Assembly: GCF_001194135.2 (NCBI RefSeq) | Contig: NC_068983.1 | Span: forward strand, 159,898,777 to 159,962,776 | Origin: Octopus bimaculoides | Lineage: Eukaryota | DNA: 64,000 nucleotides | Direction: 5' to 3' | Shown: one piece after another, positions 52,010 to 64,000 of the stretch | How positions within the stretch are numbered: the first letter of the stretch is position 1 | Layout of the letters: each line of letters begins with the position of its first letter | The notes under the pieces: model-generated | Databases searched by the model: none | The model's input: the letters and a program-made list of their open reading frames with translations, nothing else | Told to the model about the DNA's origin: nothing | Translations under genes and position numbers: made by a program

Positions 52010-52780
52010 AACACCAATCTGTGTATTACTTACACGAATTCAATTTGTTAATATAACATTCATGGAAAGACAGCATATTTCATAAATGTACAAGAGCGAA
52101 GAATCAGATACATTTCCAAATTTGATTTGTGGCCTCTTGTCCGTGATTTCAACTATCAAAAGAGTACCCATTACCCATTAGTCAATCCTTTACATTTGAT
52201 CAAATAATTACTACTGTTATACTGTGGATTATTCAATTAACTTAACCTTGGTTTTAGTTAAACATAATTAATAGGCTACACTCTGTTTTATTGTTTATGT
52301 CACCTCAGGTGTTTTGATTGTTTTATTAACATATCACGCTGCTTGTTTTCACGCAGACTTTCAATAGTCGTGGGGATAATTGTCCTGCTTATAGGTTCAG
52401 TAGTCAACAGATTATATTTAGTTGGTGTCACCAATAGTTTGTTTTGCTCAATGCACCAGATATTACCATATAAACACACGAATCTGTTCTGCTGCAAAAC
52501 TGATAACAACCTTTGAGAGAATTACACAATAGTAAAGTGGTAAATTAACTCGTGTCTGACATGTTGTTTGGTAATGTACAGTGCACAGACAAAATTATCA
52601 GGCAAGAATAATATAATGGTGTCAAACATTGACAAAAATATATCAGTTGAACCAGTGTTTACAATCTCAAAAATATATTCTGGATTGCTGATAAAAACTG
52701 AAATAGAGACTGATTTCGGAAACATTGAAGCGAACGTTTGCGAGGAAAAACAGCTGCAATATCTTTAACCAATGAAATGA
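52010..52780 (+). pseudogene. Possible heavily decayed class A GPCR pseudogene
   Basis: Successive hydrophobic pieces across frames: TPICVLLTRIQFVN, SDTFPNLICGLLSVI, CGLFN*LNLGFS, LRCF, SRRLSIVVGIIVLLIGSVVNRLYL; many stops; Cys-to-Arg spacing is not canonical. Confidence 0.3.
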
Positions 52781-53371
52781 TATCTTCATCAGGTTGCTTA
52801 GATTCTCTAATTTAACTATTACTGTTCTACATATCAATAACTCTCTCCATATATAACACTGAGTGTTTATTTATCGTTTCATTAAAAGCAATGTATAAAC
52901 CGGACCAATTTAGAAAACTATTGTCAACATCTATAGAAATTCTGTCTATGTTTCTCCCTTTATAAACTACATATATGTAACCTTTTTAAAAGAGTATTGA
53001 TTTTTTTACTGTCTTTGCTACGAGGTAATTTGTTTTTATATTATTTTCTATGTATAGTCTTCTATTTCTAGTTATAATTACTTCCTTTGATGTTGACCGG
53101 CATATTTACCATATACGCGCACGTACATACATATACGGAAAAACACACAAACATACAGACAAATCCAGGCGCATACAAACACACACGCCCGCGTGCACAC
53201 ATGCACAGATGTAAATGTGTGTGAGGATGTGCGCTTGTTAAATATTCTTGTGCAGTTGTAAGATGGACTACATTCTACACTAATGTACTCAGTGTTTTCA
53301 GCACACAAAATATTAATTAATTCATCCATTACAGTTTCCTCATTTCTTTTTAACCCTCTGTCTATCCATCC

Positions 53372-53404
<33 letters not shown>

Positions 53405-53443
53405 TGTATGTATGTATGTATGCATGCATGTATGTATATATAG

Positions 53444-53496
<53 letters not shown>

Positions 53497-53573
53497 CATA
53501 CATACATAGCCTCTCTCTTTCTCTTTCACTGTACATTTACATATATATAAATACACGCACACACATACATATA

Positions 53574-54844
53574 TACAGGTCACAATGTGTAAATTGTCAC
53601 CATTTTATATTTTTTAACTTTGCGCATGCACATTGTTTGCTTTCAATTTTGTCGACTACACAGTGTTGTAGGGTCAGTTGGGCACCGTCTGTGAGGAAAG
53701 CAGCTCCATGACGCAATTCACTCGGCCAGAAATTCGGAAATGACATGCTGTACTGCTTGGCATTGAAGCCTGAAGCTCCAATAGCATCATTTCAGAGTGT
53801 TTGGGTACCAATCTGAGGACAGTGCAGAGGATTCGGAAAGAGTTGGATGAGTCTAGTGGTGATTACGAAAGTACAGCAGCTCGGAAAACTCACTCTGATC
53901 ATCCTGATAAGAAAAGAACACCTGAATCTGTTGGTGAGATCCCTCCAAGTCAATCAGGTCCATCACCAGCGACATGGGAGTGTTTGAGTTTCTTATCAGG
54001 CAGGAAGTGAATGAAGACATTCAGTCTTCGTCATATAAGATGAAAAACGGATAATTTTTATCCCAAGCCATCAAAGACAAGAGGTAAGACTGGACTACAA
54101 AGGTTTTGAAAAAATTCAAGCATCCCCTCCAACCGATCATGCATTGGTTTTTCTCAGACGAGAGACGTTTCTGCTAGGATCAAATGGTGAACACACAGAA
54201 ACCGTGAACTAGCCATGTCCCCAAAACATGTAACTAAAGTGATAAAAATCAAGCATTCAGTCAACATCATTGTATTTGAAGTGATCGCTAGTGATGTCTC
54301 CATTCTTCTTCCCACATGGCCCCAGACTCAACACGGAGGTCTTCATAAAGTGCCTGGTGGAAGCAGTGCTGCCTTGAGTCAAGAGGATTGCTGTTGAAAG
54401 ACCCTATGTCTGGCAACAGGACTCTGCACAATGCAACACAAGCAGGAGAACCAATTGTGACTGTTAGACAATTTTTGTGACCAAATCACCCCTAGCATCT
54501 GGCCACCTAACTCCCCAGACTGCAACCCCCTTGATTATTCTGTGTGGGGCGCAGTTGAGTATGCGTCCAACAAAACTCATTGTAACACCATAGATGAACT
54601 GAGGGCAAGAATTATGGCAGCATTCACCAACTTAAACAAGGCGACAGCTCATAAGTTACAGGAGATTCCGAAGTCGTCTCGAGGCCGTGGTGGAAGCCAA
54701 TGGCGATTTTATTGAATAGATTTACTCTTCAGTATTTCAAGATATTTTAAAGTAATTTTGGTAAATATATCTGTTAAAACGAAATGTCAGTGTTATTTTC
54801 AGTTTTGTGTAATTTAGACGACAATATATTCACCGCGCCCTGTA
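53574..54844 (+). mobile_element. Near full-length DD37D (maT) Tc1/mariner transposon, inactivated
   Basis: TA-CAGG...CCTG-TA ends with degenerate TIRs; FSDE, WQQDSA and WPPNSPDCNPLDYSVWG; 110 nt between the 2nd and 3rd Asp codons equals 37 codons minus one base; ends RSRLEAVVEANGDFIE*. Confidence 0.92.
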
Positions 54845-55149
54845 CTTATACATACATACATAGAGGTAGATAGATAAAAAGTGAGAGAGAGACAGAGAGA
54901 ATGAGAGAGAAGGTGAGAATGAGAGAGAAGCAGAGACGGTGAAGAAGGAAAGAGGGAGTGAGAAGGAGAGAAGGAGAGAGAAGAAAAGAAGGAGACAGAA
55001 AGAAAGAAAAATAAAATAGATACACGAGTGTTGTTCCGAAATTAATGCAAAAGTAGTTATACGTAATTTTGAAAACTAGAGCAGGTTGTTCTAATTGAAC
55101 ATTTTGATAATGTAATTCTTCCACTATATAAAGTTGCTTTTCATAACAG

Positions 55150-55270
55150 TGCACGAAAGGGTGAAGGGCAAAGTCCACCTCGGCTGAATTTGAACTCAGA
55201 ACGTTACGGCAGACAAAAACCGCTAAGCATTTCACCTGGCGTACTAACGATTCTGCCAGCTCGCCGCCGA
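55150..55270 (-). mobile_element. SINE family B (5' part)
   Basis: AATTTGAACTCAGAACGTTACGGCAGAC...GATTCTGCCAGCTCGCCGCC. Confidence 0.85.
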
Positions 55271-55492
55271 TCTTTTTTTGCCATCATATTGCCTCAAGTG
55301 TCATTTATTCTGTCCGCAATACTTTTAGATGTCTCAACAATGTGTCGCCACACACTCCACACACATGGATACACACAAAACACATATGCAGACACACTTC
55401 CGTACTTAACAGACGCACGTACACAGACACATAACCCCATACACATAGACACACTCACACTCAAACAGAAAGAGACAAGGGTACACACACAA

Positions 55493-55545
<53 letters not shown>

Positions 55546-55919
55546 TAAACACACAAGCACGCACACACAAACACAAGAATATGCACAATGCATACAAACA
55601 AATACATACATACATGCATATGTGCATACACATGCATGCTGACGCACATATATGCAAACAGATAGACAAAAGGAACGCAGCTCCAATTACGGACAGGGCC
55701 AACATCCATTGATAAATTTGCAAAAGGAACAAACATTTTGGAAGTAAAAGAAAATATAAATAACAAATGAGGGGAAATCGAACCTATGAGTGTGTTCGAT
55801 AATGAGGCATGAAGACAATATGATTCTTCCCAGCCACAACAAATACAAATATATATATGTGTGCGTGCGTGTATATATATGTATATATATATGTATGTGT
55901 GCGTATATATATATTCATG

Positions 55920-55959
<40 letters not shown>

Positions 55960-56273
55960 CGCGTACGTGTGTATTAATCTCGTGTTGCACAAACGACTCA
56001 TAAGTCAAATATATACACGAAAACTAAGATTCATAAAAATATTGATATGAACTCATTTCTTTTGTAAAGACACAACATCTTTGTTCCTTTGGAAGGATCT
56101 AACATACCAGATCGATAGCGTGTTAGATGACATTCACCAGCAAGCAATCATGTAAGAATGACAAAACTGGAATTGTACCCATGCTTTATGCATCATAATG
56201 GTCTCCGGTTTGGAGAGCATGATTGGTGGAAACCGGAACTATCTCAGTACAGATATGCATCCGCATACGTGTG

Positions 56274-56304
<31 letters not shown>

Positions 56305-56334
56305 ATACATAATAAAACACACACACACATGCAT

Positions 56335-56545
56335 GTATTGCCTTCTATTCTCGGCACAAGGCCTGATATTGGGGAGGATCCTAGTAAATTTTATCAACCC
56401 CAGTGCATGACTGGTACTTATTTTATTGACCTAGAAAGAAAGACAAGCAAGATCAACCTAGGCAGTATTTGACCTCAAAATGTAAAGTCGGAAGAAATGC
56501 CGCTAATAATTTTTTCCGGTATGATAATAATTCTGCCAGCTGGCT
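56335..56545 (-). mobile_element. SINE family B, diverged
   Basis: ACTGGTACTTATTTTATTGACC...AAATGCCGCTAA...TTCTGCCAGC. Confidence 0.7.
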
Positions 56546-56659
56546 GTCTTATACACTCATATTATTTTCTACATGCTACAGATCACTAAGATCTTCTTAA
56601 AATAAAAACTAAAAATCATATAAGATAACGCATTATGTACACCTAACTTCATCTAAATA

Positions 56660-58800
56660 TCTCCTCCTCCTCCTGTCTCGTCCTTCCGTCTCTCCTCACT
56701 GCCTCTAACCTCATTGTCCGCACCCCTCGCATTTCCACAATTTACTTCCTCCCCAAAATCCACAAACCTAACAACGCTGGCTGCCCCATCGCCTCCGCCT
56801 GAAACTGCCCCACCGAACTCATCTCCAGATATCTTGAGCATGTTCTTGCCCCCCCCCCCTAGTGGCTTCCCTCCCTCTCACATCCATGACACCAACCATG
56901 CTCTTCGTTTGTTCAACTCTTTCTCTTTCCTCCTGGCCCCTCTAAACTTCTCTTCACTCTTGACATCAAGAGTCTATACACGGTGATCCCTCACGACGAA
57001 AGGCTGCGTTCACGCCAACATTTCCTTGACCTTCGACCAAACCCGCAACCTGACACATGCACACTCCTTCGTCTAGCCTAACTTATCCTCTCACTTAACA
57101 GCTTCTCGTTCGCAGGTGATTTTTACCAGCATTTCTCGGGAGTGACCATGGGAACGAGAATGGGCCCCAACAATGCGAACCTGTTCGTTGGATACGTTGA
57201 GGCCCAAATATTCTTAAGTTTCACTGGTCCCACTCCTTAACTATACGGTTGTTATATTGACGACCGTATCGGTGCGACATCACTCTCCCGCGAACATCTA
57301 GACTCTTTCTTCTCTTTTGTCAAATCTTTCCATCCTGCCCGCCAATTCCCCTGCACTATTTCCGACACTTTAGTCGCCTTTTTCGACATTTCTGTCAGCA
57401 TTCATCACTCCAATCTCACCACCTCTATTCACTACAAACACGCAGACTCACGCTCATTCCTCAACTTCTCCTCCTGCCACACTAAACACACCAAGCTCTC
57501 CATCCCCTATTTCCAATTCTTCCGTCTACGCAGGCTCTGCAGTGACAATCATGACTGAGACTCAATCTCAACACATGGCTCGCCACTTCATCCTACCACT
57601 ATCCACGCCGTCCTTACCAGAGCACGTTCTGTGGACCGTGCATCTGCTCTCTCTCTCTCCCCGCCCCACCCCGCCGTCACTCGTTTCTCGTCTCCCCTCA
57701 CCTACCACCCACTACCCTACCTCTCCAACCCCACCCTCCTCACAGGTACCCATCATCGACCCTATCATATCACTGACTCCTTCACCTGCACTTCTAGCAA
57801 CGTCATCTACTGCATCTCCTGCTCTCTCTGCCCTTCTCCATACACAAACGGGTTCGCGGAACACCTCCGAGACATCCGACTTGGCAACAACACATAGGTC
57901 TCGCGCTATTTCCGCTCTACCGGTCACTCTTTACAACACCTGTCTGTGTTCGGATTGTCCTTGCACAGAGGCCATCCGGACTCCCGTCTTCGCCGTGAGC
58001 AGGGATTAATCTTCTCATTTCGCTCCTTTGCGACACATGGGCTAAACTCACCTCCCTTCTTCATCTAATCCTTCTCCTCTCTTCCTGTTAGACCTACTTC
58101 CTCCCACCCACCTCTCCTCTCTTACTCTGGAACATACTCCTCTTCATTCCTACCCACCTTCTCACTTCTACCCTTTCCTTCATCGTCATCCCTTCCCTCG
58201 TTACCCCACCCCTACACATTGCAACCCCATCATCCCTATACATCCGTTCCCAGCCCACCCATTCCTTAGACCCCACGCTTGCTTCCCTCACTCTCGCCTC
58301 TCCCGCACCCCAACACCACCACACCACACCACACCACCCCGCACACACTGGTGTTGACCACTTCCCAGTACCCACATCAGCGCTCACATTAGCACTGACC
58401 ACTTCCCAGCACTTACACCATCATCCACACACCTACACGTGCACACGCCAATGTCACCAGCTCCCTCCCACACGCACGCACACGCACATACACGCTCCCA
58501 CATACACACGCACGTTTACCTTCATTTTAGGATCACCACTACTTTATTATCTCCCCTTCTTCCTAGCTCTTCTGTGTGACCTCTCTGTCAGGCATTCGCC
58601 ATGATAGATCGCTATCCACTATACCTTTTTCTATTTTCTCTCCCTGTTTATTTCTATGTTCCTTCCTGTCGAAAGAGCATAGGCTCGAAACATAGAAGAC
58701 TTTCACACTTTTCGAGCGTTAAACTAATACATCTGTTTGTGGTTTAAACACCCGCCTTCGTCTTTGTTTTTTTTGTTTTTGTTTTTTGGTAAATTCTCAC
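56660..58800 (+). mobile_element. Penelope-like retroelement (RT + GIY-YIG endonuclease), decayed, with pyrimidine/CA-rich 3' region
   Basis: IYFLPKIHKPNN, LFTLDIKSLYTVIPH, GVTMGTRMGPNNANLFVGYVE, YIDD, SIPYFQFFRLRRLCS, FTCTSSNVIYCISCSLC, FAEHLRDIR; terminal GAAAGAGCATAGGCTCGAAAC. Confidence 0.92.
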
Positions 58801-59448
58801 CATATGTATATAACTTTTATCAAGATATTGTCTTAGCAATCATCATTCTGTCACATAGACAGTTGATGTTCGTCTCCGTCTTGAATGAAAACCCGATTAT
58901 ATCACGTTAAAACCACGTGCGAGCACACAAGGTTTTGAAGTAAAGAAACTAATACACACAGCAAGAGAAATAACTCTTCAATTATTATCTGGCATTAAAT
59001 TTGAATTTTGAATCTCATACGCTGACTTAAATGACCATACATGCATTATGCAATTTTAGTGTTTGCAAGAAATATTTCGTATTTGCATATATCTGAACCT
59101 GATTGCAGAATTTTTACCTGTTTTCACATATTTTTGTCGTTAAACGTGGCACATAGTGTTGTGAATTCACAGGACTGTATGTTTATAAGTTTATATGTCT
59201 ATTTCCAACACAAACTGCAAACACATATTGAACCTTTTAAAAATCGGCAAACACGCTCATTAAAGGAGGTGAAAAAAAATATTTATGAGGCAAACAACCA
59301 CACACATAATAAACTACCAGTCGGCAATATAACCCGAACATGTGATAACGAATCCCAACATTTCTTCTCTAATTCAATTTTTTTCCGTTATGATATGTGG
59401 TCTATGCCTGATGAATACGTTTGAGATATGGAACTATTAGTAGCACTA

Positions 59449-59489
<41 letters not shown>

Positions 59490-59544
59490 NNNNNNNNNNN
59501 NNNNNNNNNNNNNNNNNNNNNNNNNNNNNNNNNNNNNNNNNNNN

Positions 59545-59578
<34 letters not shown>

Positions 59579-60069
59579 AAATAGGGAAGTATCCTTTGTT
59601 CTAACACAACATCCACATTAAGTTGGAAATAATTGACTTCTGACATTAATACTTCCTCAGTAGTAATTAATTATTTTTTAATGAGCCTGTTAGTTCTTTG
59701 CGACATCAGTTCCCGAAAAGACACTGAAATGCTATAAACCATTGATTGTGTTATTCGGCTGTTATATCGCTCCCGGATATCTGCTAACGATGTGTCTGAG
59801 TAGGGCGAAATCCTACGAACGGTGCATAAGAACTCTCATAAAAGTACACGCTGATCTGGCAGTTCCAGCGCTAGTAGTAGACGATTGTCATCTACCAACG
59901 ATGAAATAGGTGAGGTTCTATGCACCATGCATTCATATGAGAGGTTCTCTCAAGGTAAATAATGCAGTATTTGGTATTCAAAGATTACATCGATGTTAAG
60001 TTAGATATAAAGATTGCCTTTTGATTTAGACACACACTCACAAACACATACACACGCACNNNNNNNNNN

Positions 60070-60101
<32 letters not shown>

Positions 60102-61277
60102 CTGATTGATTGATAGTTGCAAATGGATATAGATGTAGAGATACGATACATATATAGCATGTACAGGTTCATGTTTTGAATGCTTGAATAATTACGAATA
60201 TATTATACATGTATACACAGACAGGCATGTATGTGTGTGTACATAAGTGCGTGTGCGATTATTTAATGCGTTAGTTGTGTATTTGTGTGTGCAAGTATGT
60301 ATGCGTGCAATAGCCATTACACTTTCGGAACGCTGACCACAGAGCTTAATATAGCTTTAATAATCAGTGCTGCCAAACACAAAATTGATTAGATTTCATC
60401 GTTAGCATTCAGTAATAGCACTTCATTCGATCGATAGAAAAGTTATATTAAGACTGAATGTGACACAACAACCGTTTTAGGTGCTGATTACATGTTAACA
60501 TCATTGTAGTAAACAGAATTTATAGAAGAATTGTGAAATTTCAAATGAATTCGTGTATTCATTCGATTGTTAGATATTTGTCTTCCCTTCTTATGTCCCA
60601 GAAATCTATAATGCAGTAAAAGTATTATAAGCTTTGACAAGAACAATCATGCCGTGAAGTGGAAGAAATGCGAAAATTTTCAATTACAGAATGTTTTGCA
60701 AAATGTTACACATAAGTTCTAGAAAAACAAAAATTATGCAGATGACGTTGTTTATAGATGAATTCTATCTTCCTTTTCATCGCTATTCTGTTATTCTTCT
60801 CTATTTTAGAATTTTACTAGATATAACATTCGAAATGAAGATTGGTCAGACATCGATATTTCTGGGTTATATTCATTTATTGGTGAGGAATGTTCTAAAA
60901 GAAGCTATAAAAATGCAAGTATAAGTAAAGAAAAATAAAGCAAATAAAGTGAATATAGAAAAGCCACTGAAAAAAATCAGAAAAAATGTCAAAGACATAA
61001 AGAGAGGAAAAGGGAAAATTAAACCAAGAAAGAAATGTAAATTTCTTTTATCTTTATGCTGAAACCTTCGTATTGCAAATATACAAGAAACAATAATTCA
61101 ACAATTCTCCTGCCAGCTACATTAAAAGCATTTTCATTGCAACTCCTTCCAGAAATATTCTCCGAATTGTGCTAACACTATTTTCAATCCCTCAAATTTA
61201 ACTCTAGATTCACAAGAAACAATCTTGGTTCTTTGAATGATTTCAGAAATTCTGGAATCATATGAAACAAACATGAA

Positions 61278-61329
<52 letters not shown>

Positions 61330-61369
61330 TAATAATAATAACAACAACAACAGCAACAACAACCCTTTC

Positions 61370-61510
61370 TATTATAGGTACAAGACCTGAAATTTTGAGG
61401 GAGACGGATAGTCGATTACATCGACTCCAGTGTTGAACTAGTAATTATTTTATCGACCCTGAAAGGATGAAAGCCAAAGTCGACCTCGATGGCATTTGAA
61501 CTCAGAATAT
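61370..61510 (-). mobile_element. SINE family B (3' part)
   Basis: TCGATTACATCGAC...TATCGACCCTGAAAGGATGAAAG...TTTGAACTCAGAA. Confidence 0.8.
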
Positions 61511-62064
61511 TTCGTGCTTGTTTTATTTCGATATGCTCGTATATAAGGTATGTTGAGTAAATGTACTGAAACGTTGGGACACCACTAAAGAGTTCTTCGT
61601 GTAATGATGAAAGTGAATAATACTGGAGTAGTTATTGCTTTACACTACATGGAAAAGGTTTGGGATAACCGATAAAACAATGTTATATCCACAATCCCAT
61701 CAACTGCCCTAGTTAATCTGTGAAATCAATCTACATTTGTAGATTTAAGTGCAGCTGTTACAATGTAAATTTTTTACCCTAGAGAGGAAAGCTGAAGTTT
61801 TGTAGTTAATCGGGCAACTTCAAATTTTTATAAAATTCGGAAGAAATTCTGAACTGGGTTATTTAATAAGAAGCAAAGACATTGGTTTGCCAGACCAAAT
61901 GCCTCGGGACAACAATTAATTTATTCTCTTCCCATTCCGAATTCAAATCTTCCTTTGGTCGGGTATTTTCAATATCTAAGTAAAGTTTCACAGTAATTGT
62001 AAAATAAGACAAAAGATATTCTTGGGTGAATATTGCGACATAATTTTGTTTCTTATTTCTTTAT

Positions 62065-62270
62065 TGCCCACATAGAGGGGACAAACAAGGACAGACAAAG
62101 GTATTAAGTCGATTACATCGACCCCAGTGTGTAACTGGTACTTAACTTATCGACCCTGAAAGGATGAAAGGCAAAGTCGACCTCAGCGGAATTTGAACTC
62201 AGAACGTAACGGAAGACGAAATACCGCTAAGCATTTCGCCCGGCGTGCTAACGTTTCTGCCAGCTCTCTG
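62065..62270 (-). mobile_element. SINE family B, near consensus
   Basis: Complete head to tail, few substitutions relative to the other copies. Confidence 0.92.
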
Positions 62271-62953
62271 CTTTTAGTTTTGTTTCTGGCTGCTACCGAT
62301 TATCATCTTAGATGCTGTTGGTAAAATAAGGACAATACAATTTCTTTAGTTTCCTTTCCTCAATTATGTATAACAAGAAACCAATAATTAACATTAAAGT
62401 GGCACAGTTCTGTCCATATGGAAATAAGCAGAAACAGGGAATTCCATTCGGCGAAATGTTATAATGAAACATTGAACGTCAAATTACTTTTGTGCTTTGA
62501 GCGAAAATATTAGGTATATTTCTTTCACTGCCTTGATCACACACGGGAATTCGAGTGGTTAAGGTCGAGGTAGACTTCAAAATGTTTCCCTGAAGATTCA
62601 CATTATTATCGTCAGACGAAGAGTGAGACAAGTATGCATGAATAAGCACACACAGACATACATATATAAACAGATAGACTCACATATAGGCACATCACGT
62701 GTAGATATTTTAAAGTTATTCTGTAAGCTTTCTGGGGAGAACAAAGCATTCTTTTTCATTCCCAACAATGAAAATAATCTGATTGTTATAACATTTTGTG
62801 ATTAATCCAAGTAAAACAAACAACAGTGTTACATATCTCTACCAAATTGGATTTTTAAAGACCCATATAATTGCACGTCTATTAAAATACAATTGAAAAA
62901 CCATACCTATAGTTTATAAAGTAGCCTTGTTTGAATTTCGGATGTACTTTTAC

Positions 62954-63036
62954 CTGAAGATTTGTCTTCAGCAGTACGCTCACGGCAACGTGACCCCCAA
63001 AAGTGATAAGACAGAGATTGAAGACAGGAGCCCCAG
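62954..63036 (-). other. Candidate 83-nt exon (splice signals only)
   Basis: Long pyrimidine tract ending ACACCTTCCTAG, donor CAG|GTAAAA; two open frames (GAPVFNLCLITFGGHVAVSVLLKTNLQ or WGSCLQSLSYHFWGSRCRERTAEDKSS). Confidence 0.35.
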
Positions 63037-63113
63037 CTAGGAAGGTGTTGAAATGATGAGAGTAACAAGGTGATTTGAATGAGAGAGAGACAGAGAGACA
63101 AAGTGAGAAAGCA

Positions 63114-63178
<65 letters not shown>

Positions 63179-63534
63179 AAGAGAGACAGAGAAAGAGAGA
63201 CAGAGAAAGAGAGACAGAGAAAGAGAGACAGAGATGACTAGCAATACAGAAACATTGAAGAAAGAGTTCATTGAATATAACAGGCCCAGTGCAATCTCTT
63301 ATAAATAGATGTCGTGACAGGCAAAAATCTAGACTGAAATTGATTATCGTATGCCGATTAAATATAAGTGGATTCTGTACCATCCGTCATTTTACGAACT
63401 GTATGAGTAATAAGGTAAGAAAAAGATGAATGGCAAAGACAAGATTGATAGATAAACGAGAAATAAGGAGACAATACGATGTTGAAAGAAGGGATCTTGA
63501 ATGACTGTCCCACACCTCTTTCTCTCTCTCTTTC

Positions 63535-63584
<50 letters not shown>

Positions 63585-63719
63585 ATCTATGTATCTATCT
63601 ATCTATCTATCTATTGATATGAAAACATCTCACTCTCTTGCATTCTTTCTCTCTCTCCCTCCCACTGTCCTATCATTGTCACTATTGATCTGTCACTGTC
63701 CTATCATTGTCACTGTTCT

Positions 63720-64000
63720 GTTGATCCGATCAACAGAACAGCCTGTTCGTGAAATTAACGTGCAAGTGGCTGAGCACTCCACAGACACGTGTACCCTTAA
63801 TGTGGTTCTCGGGGATATTCAGCGTGATACAATGTGACAAGACTGACCCTTTGAATTACAGGCACAACAGGAACAGGAAGTAAGATTGAGAGAAAGTTGT
63901 GGTGAAAGAGTACAGCAGGGTTCACCACCATCACCCGCCAGAGCCTCGTGAAGCTTTAGGTGTTTTCGCTCAATAAACACTCACAATGCCTGGTCTGAGA
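63720..64000 (-). mobile_element. SINE family C (runs off the window end)
   Basis: Core GTGGAGTGCTCAGCCACTTGCACGTTAATT on the minus strand, shared with 24895-25150. Confidence 0.75.

Overview
AT-rich, repeat-dense eukaryotic DNA with many N gaps. The repeat repertoire (several tRNA-derived SINE families, RTE, R4/Dong-type, CR1-like and Penelope retroelements, mariner and DD37D transposons, abundant microsatellites) looks like an octopus or other coleoid cephalopod; this host assignment is my inference. I cannot support any intact protein-coding gene. Most listed ORFs are microsatellite or gap artefacts, or transposon debris. The standout is a ~1.27 kb decayed bacterial ribosomal-protein operon fragment at ~1851-3120 (- strand): rplR(L18)-rpsE(S5)-rplO(L15) in spc-operon order, with no room for rpmD and with features suggesting a Mollicute (Spiroplasma/Mycoplasma-like) donor. 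It lies between host SINEs with no intervening N gap, so it is a candidate ancient bacteria-to-animal DNA transfer. Secondary observations: a LINE carrying an inverted duplicate of its own 3' end, a near full-length DD37D (maT) transposon, a near full-length Penelope element, a dense mixed-orientation SINE cluster, a possible GPCR pseudogene and several splice-signal-only candidate exons on the - strand. All homologies were recognised by eye, not by database search, and boundaries of decayed elements are approximate.
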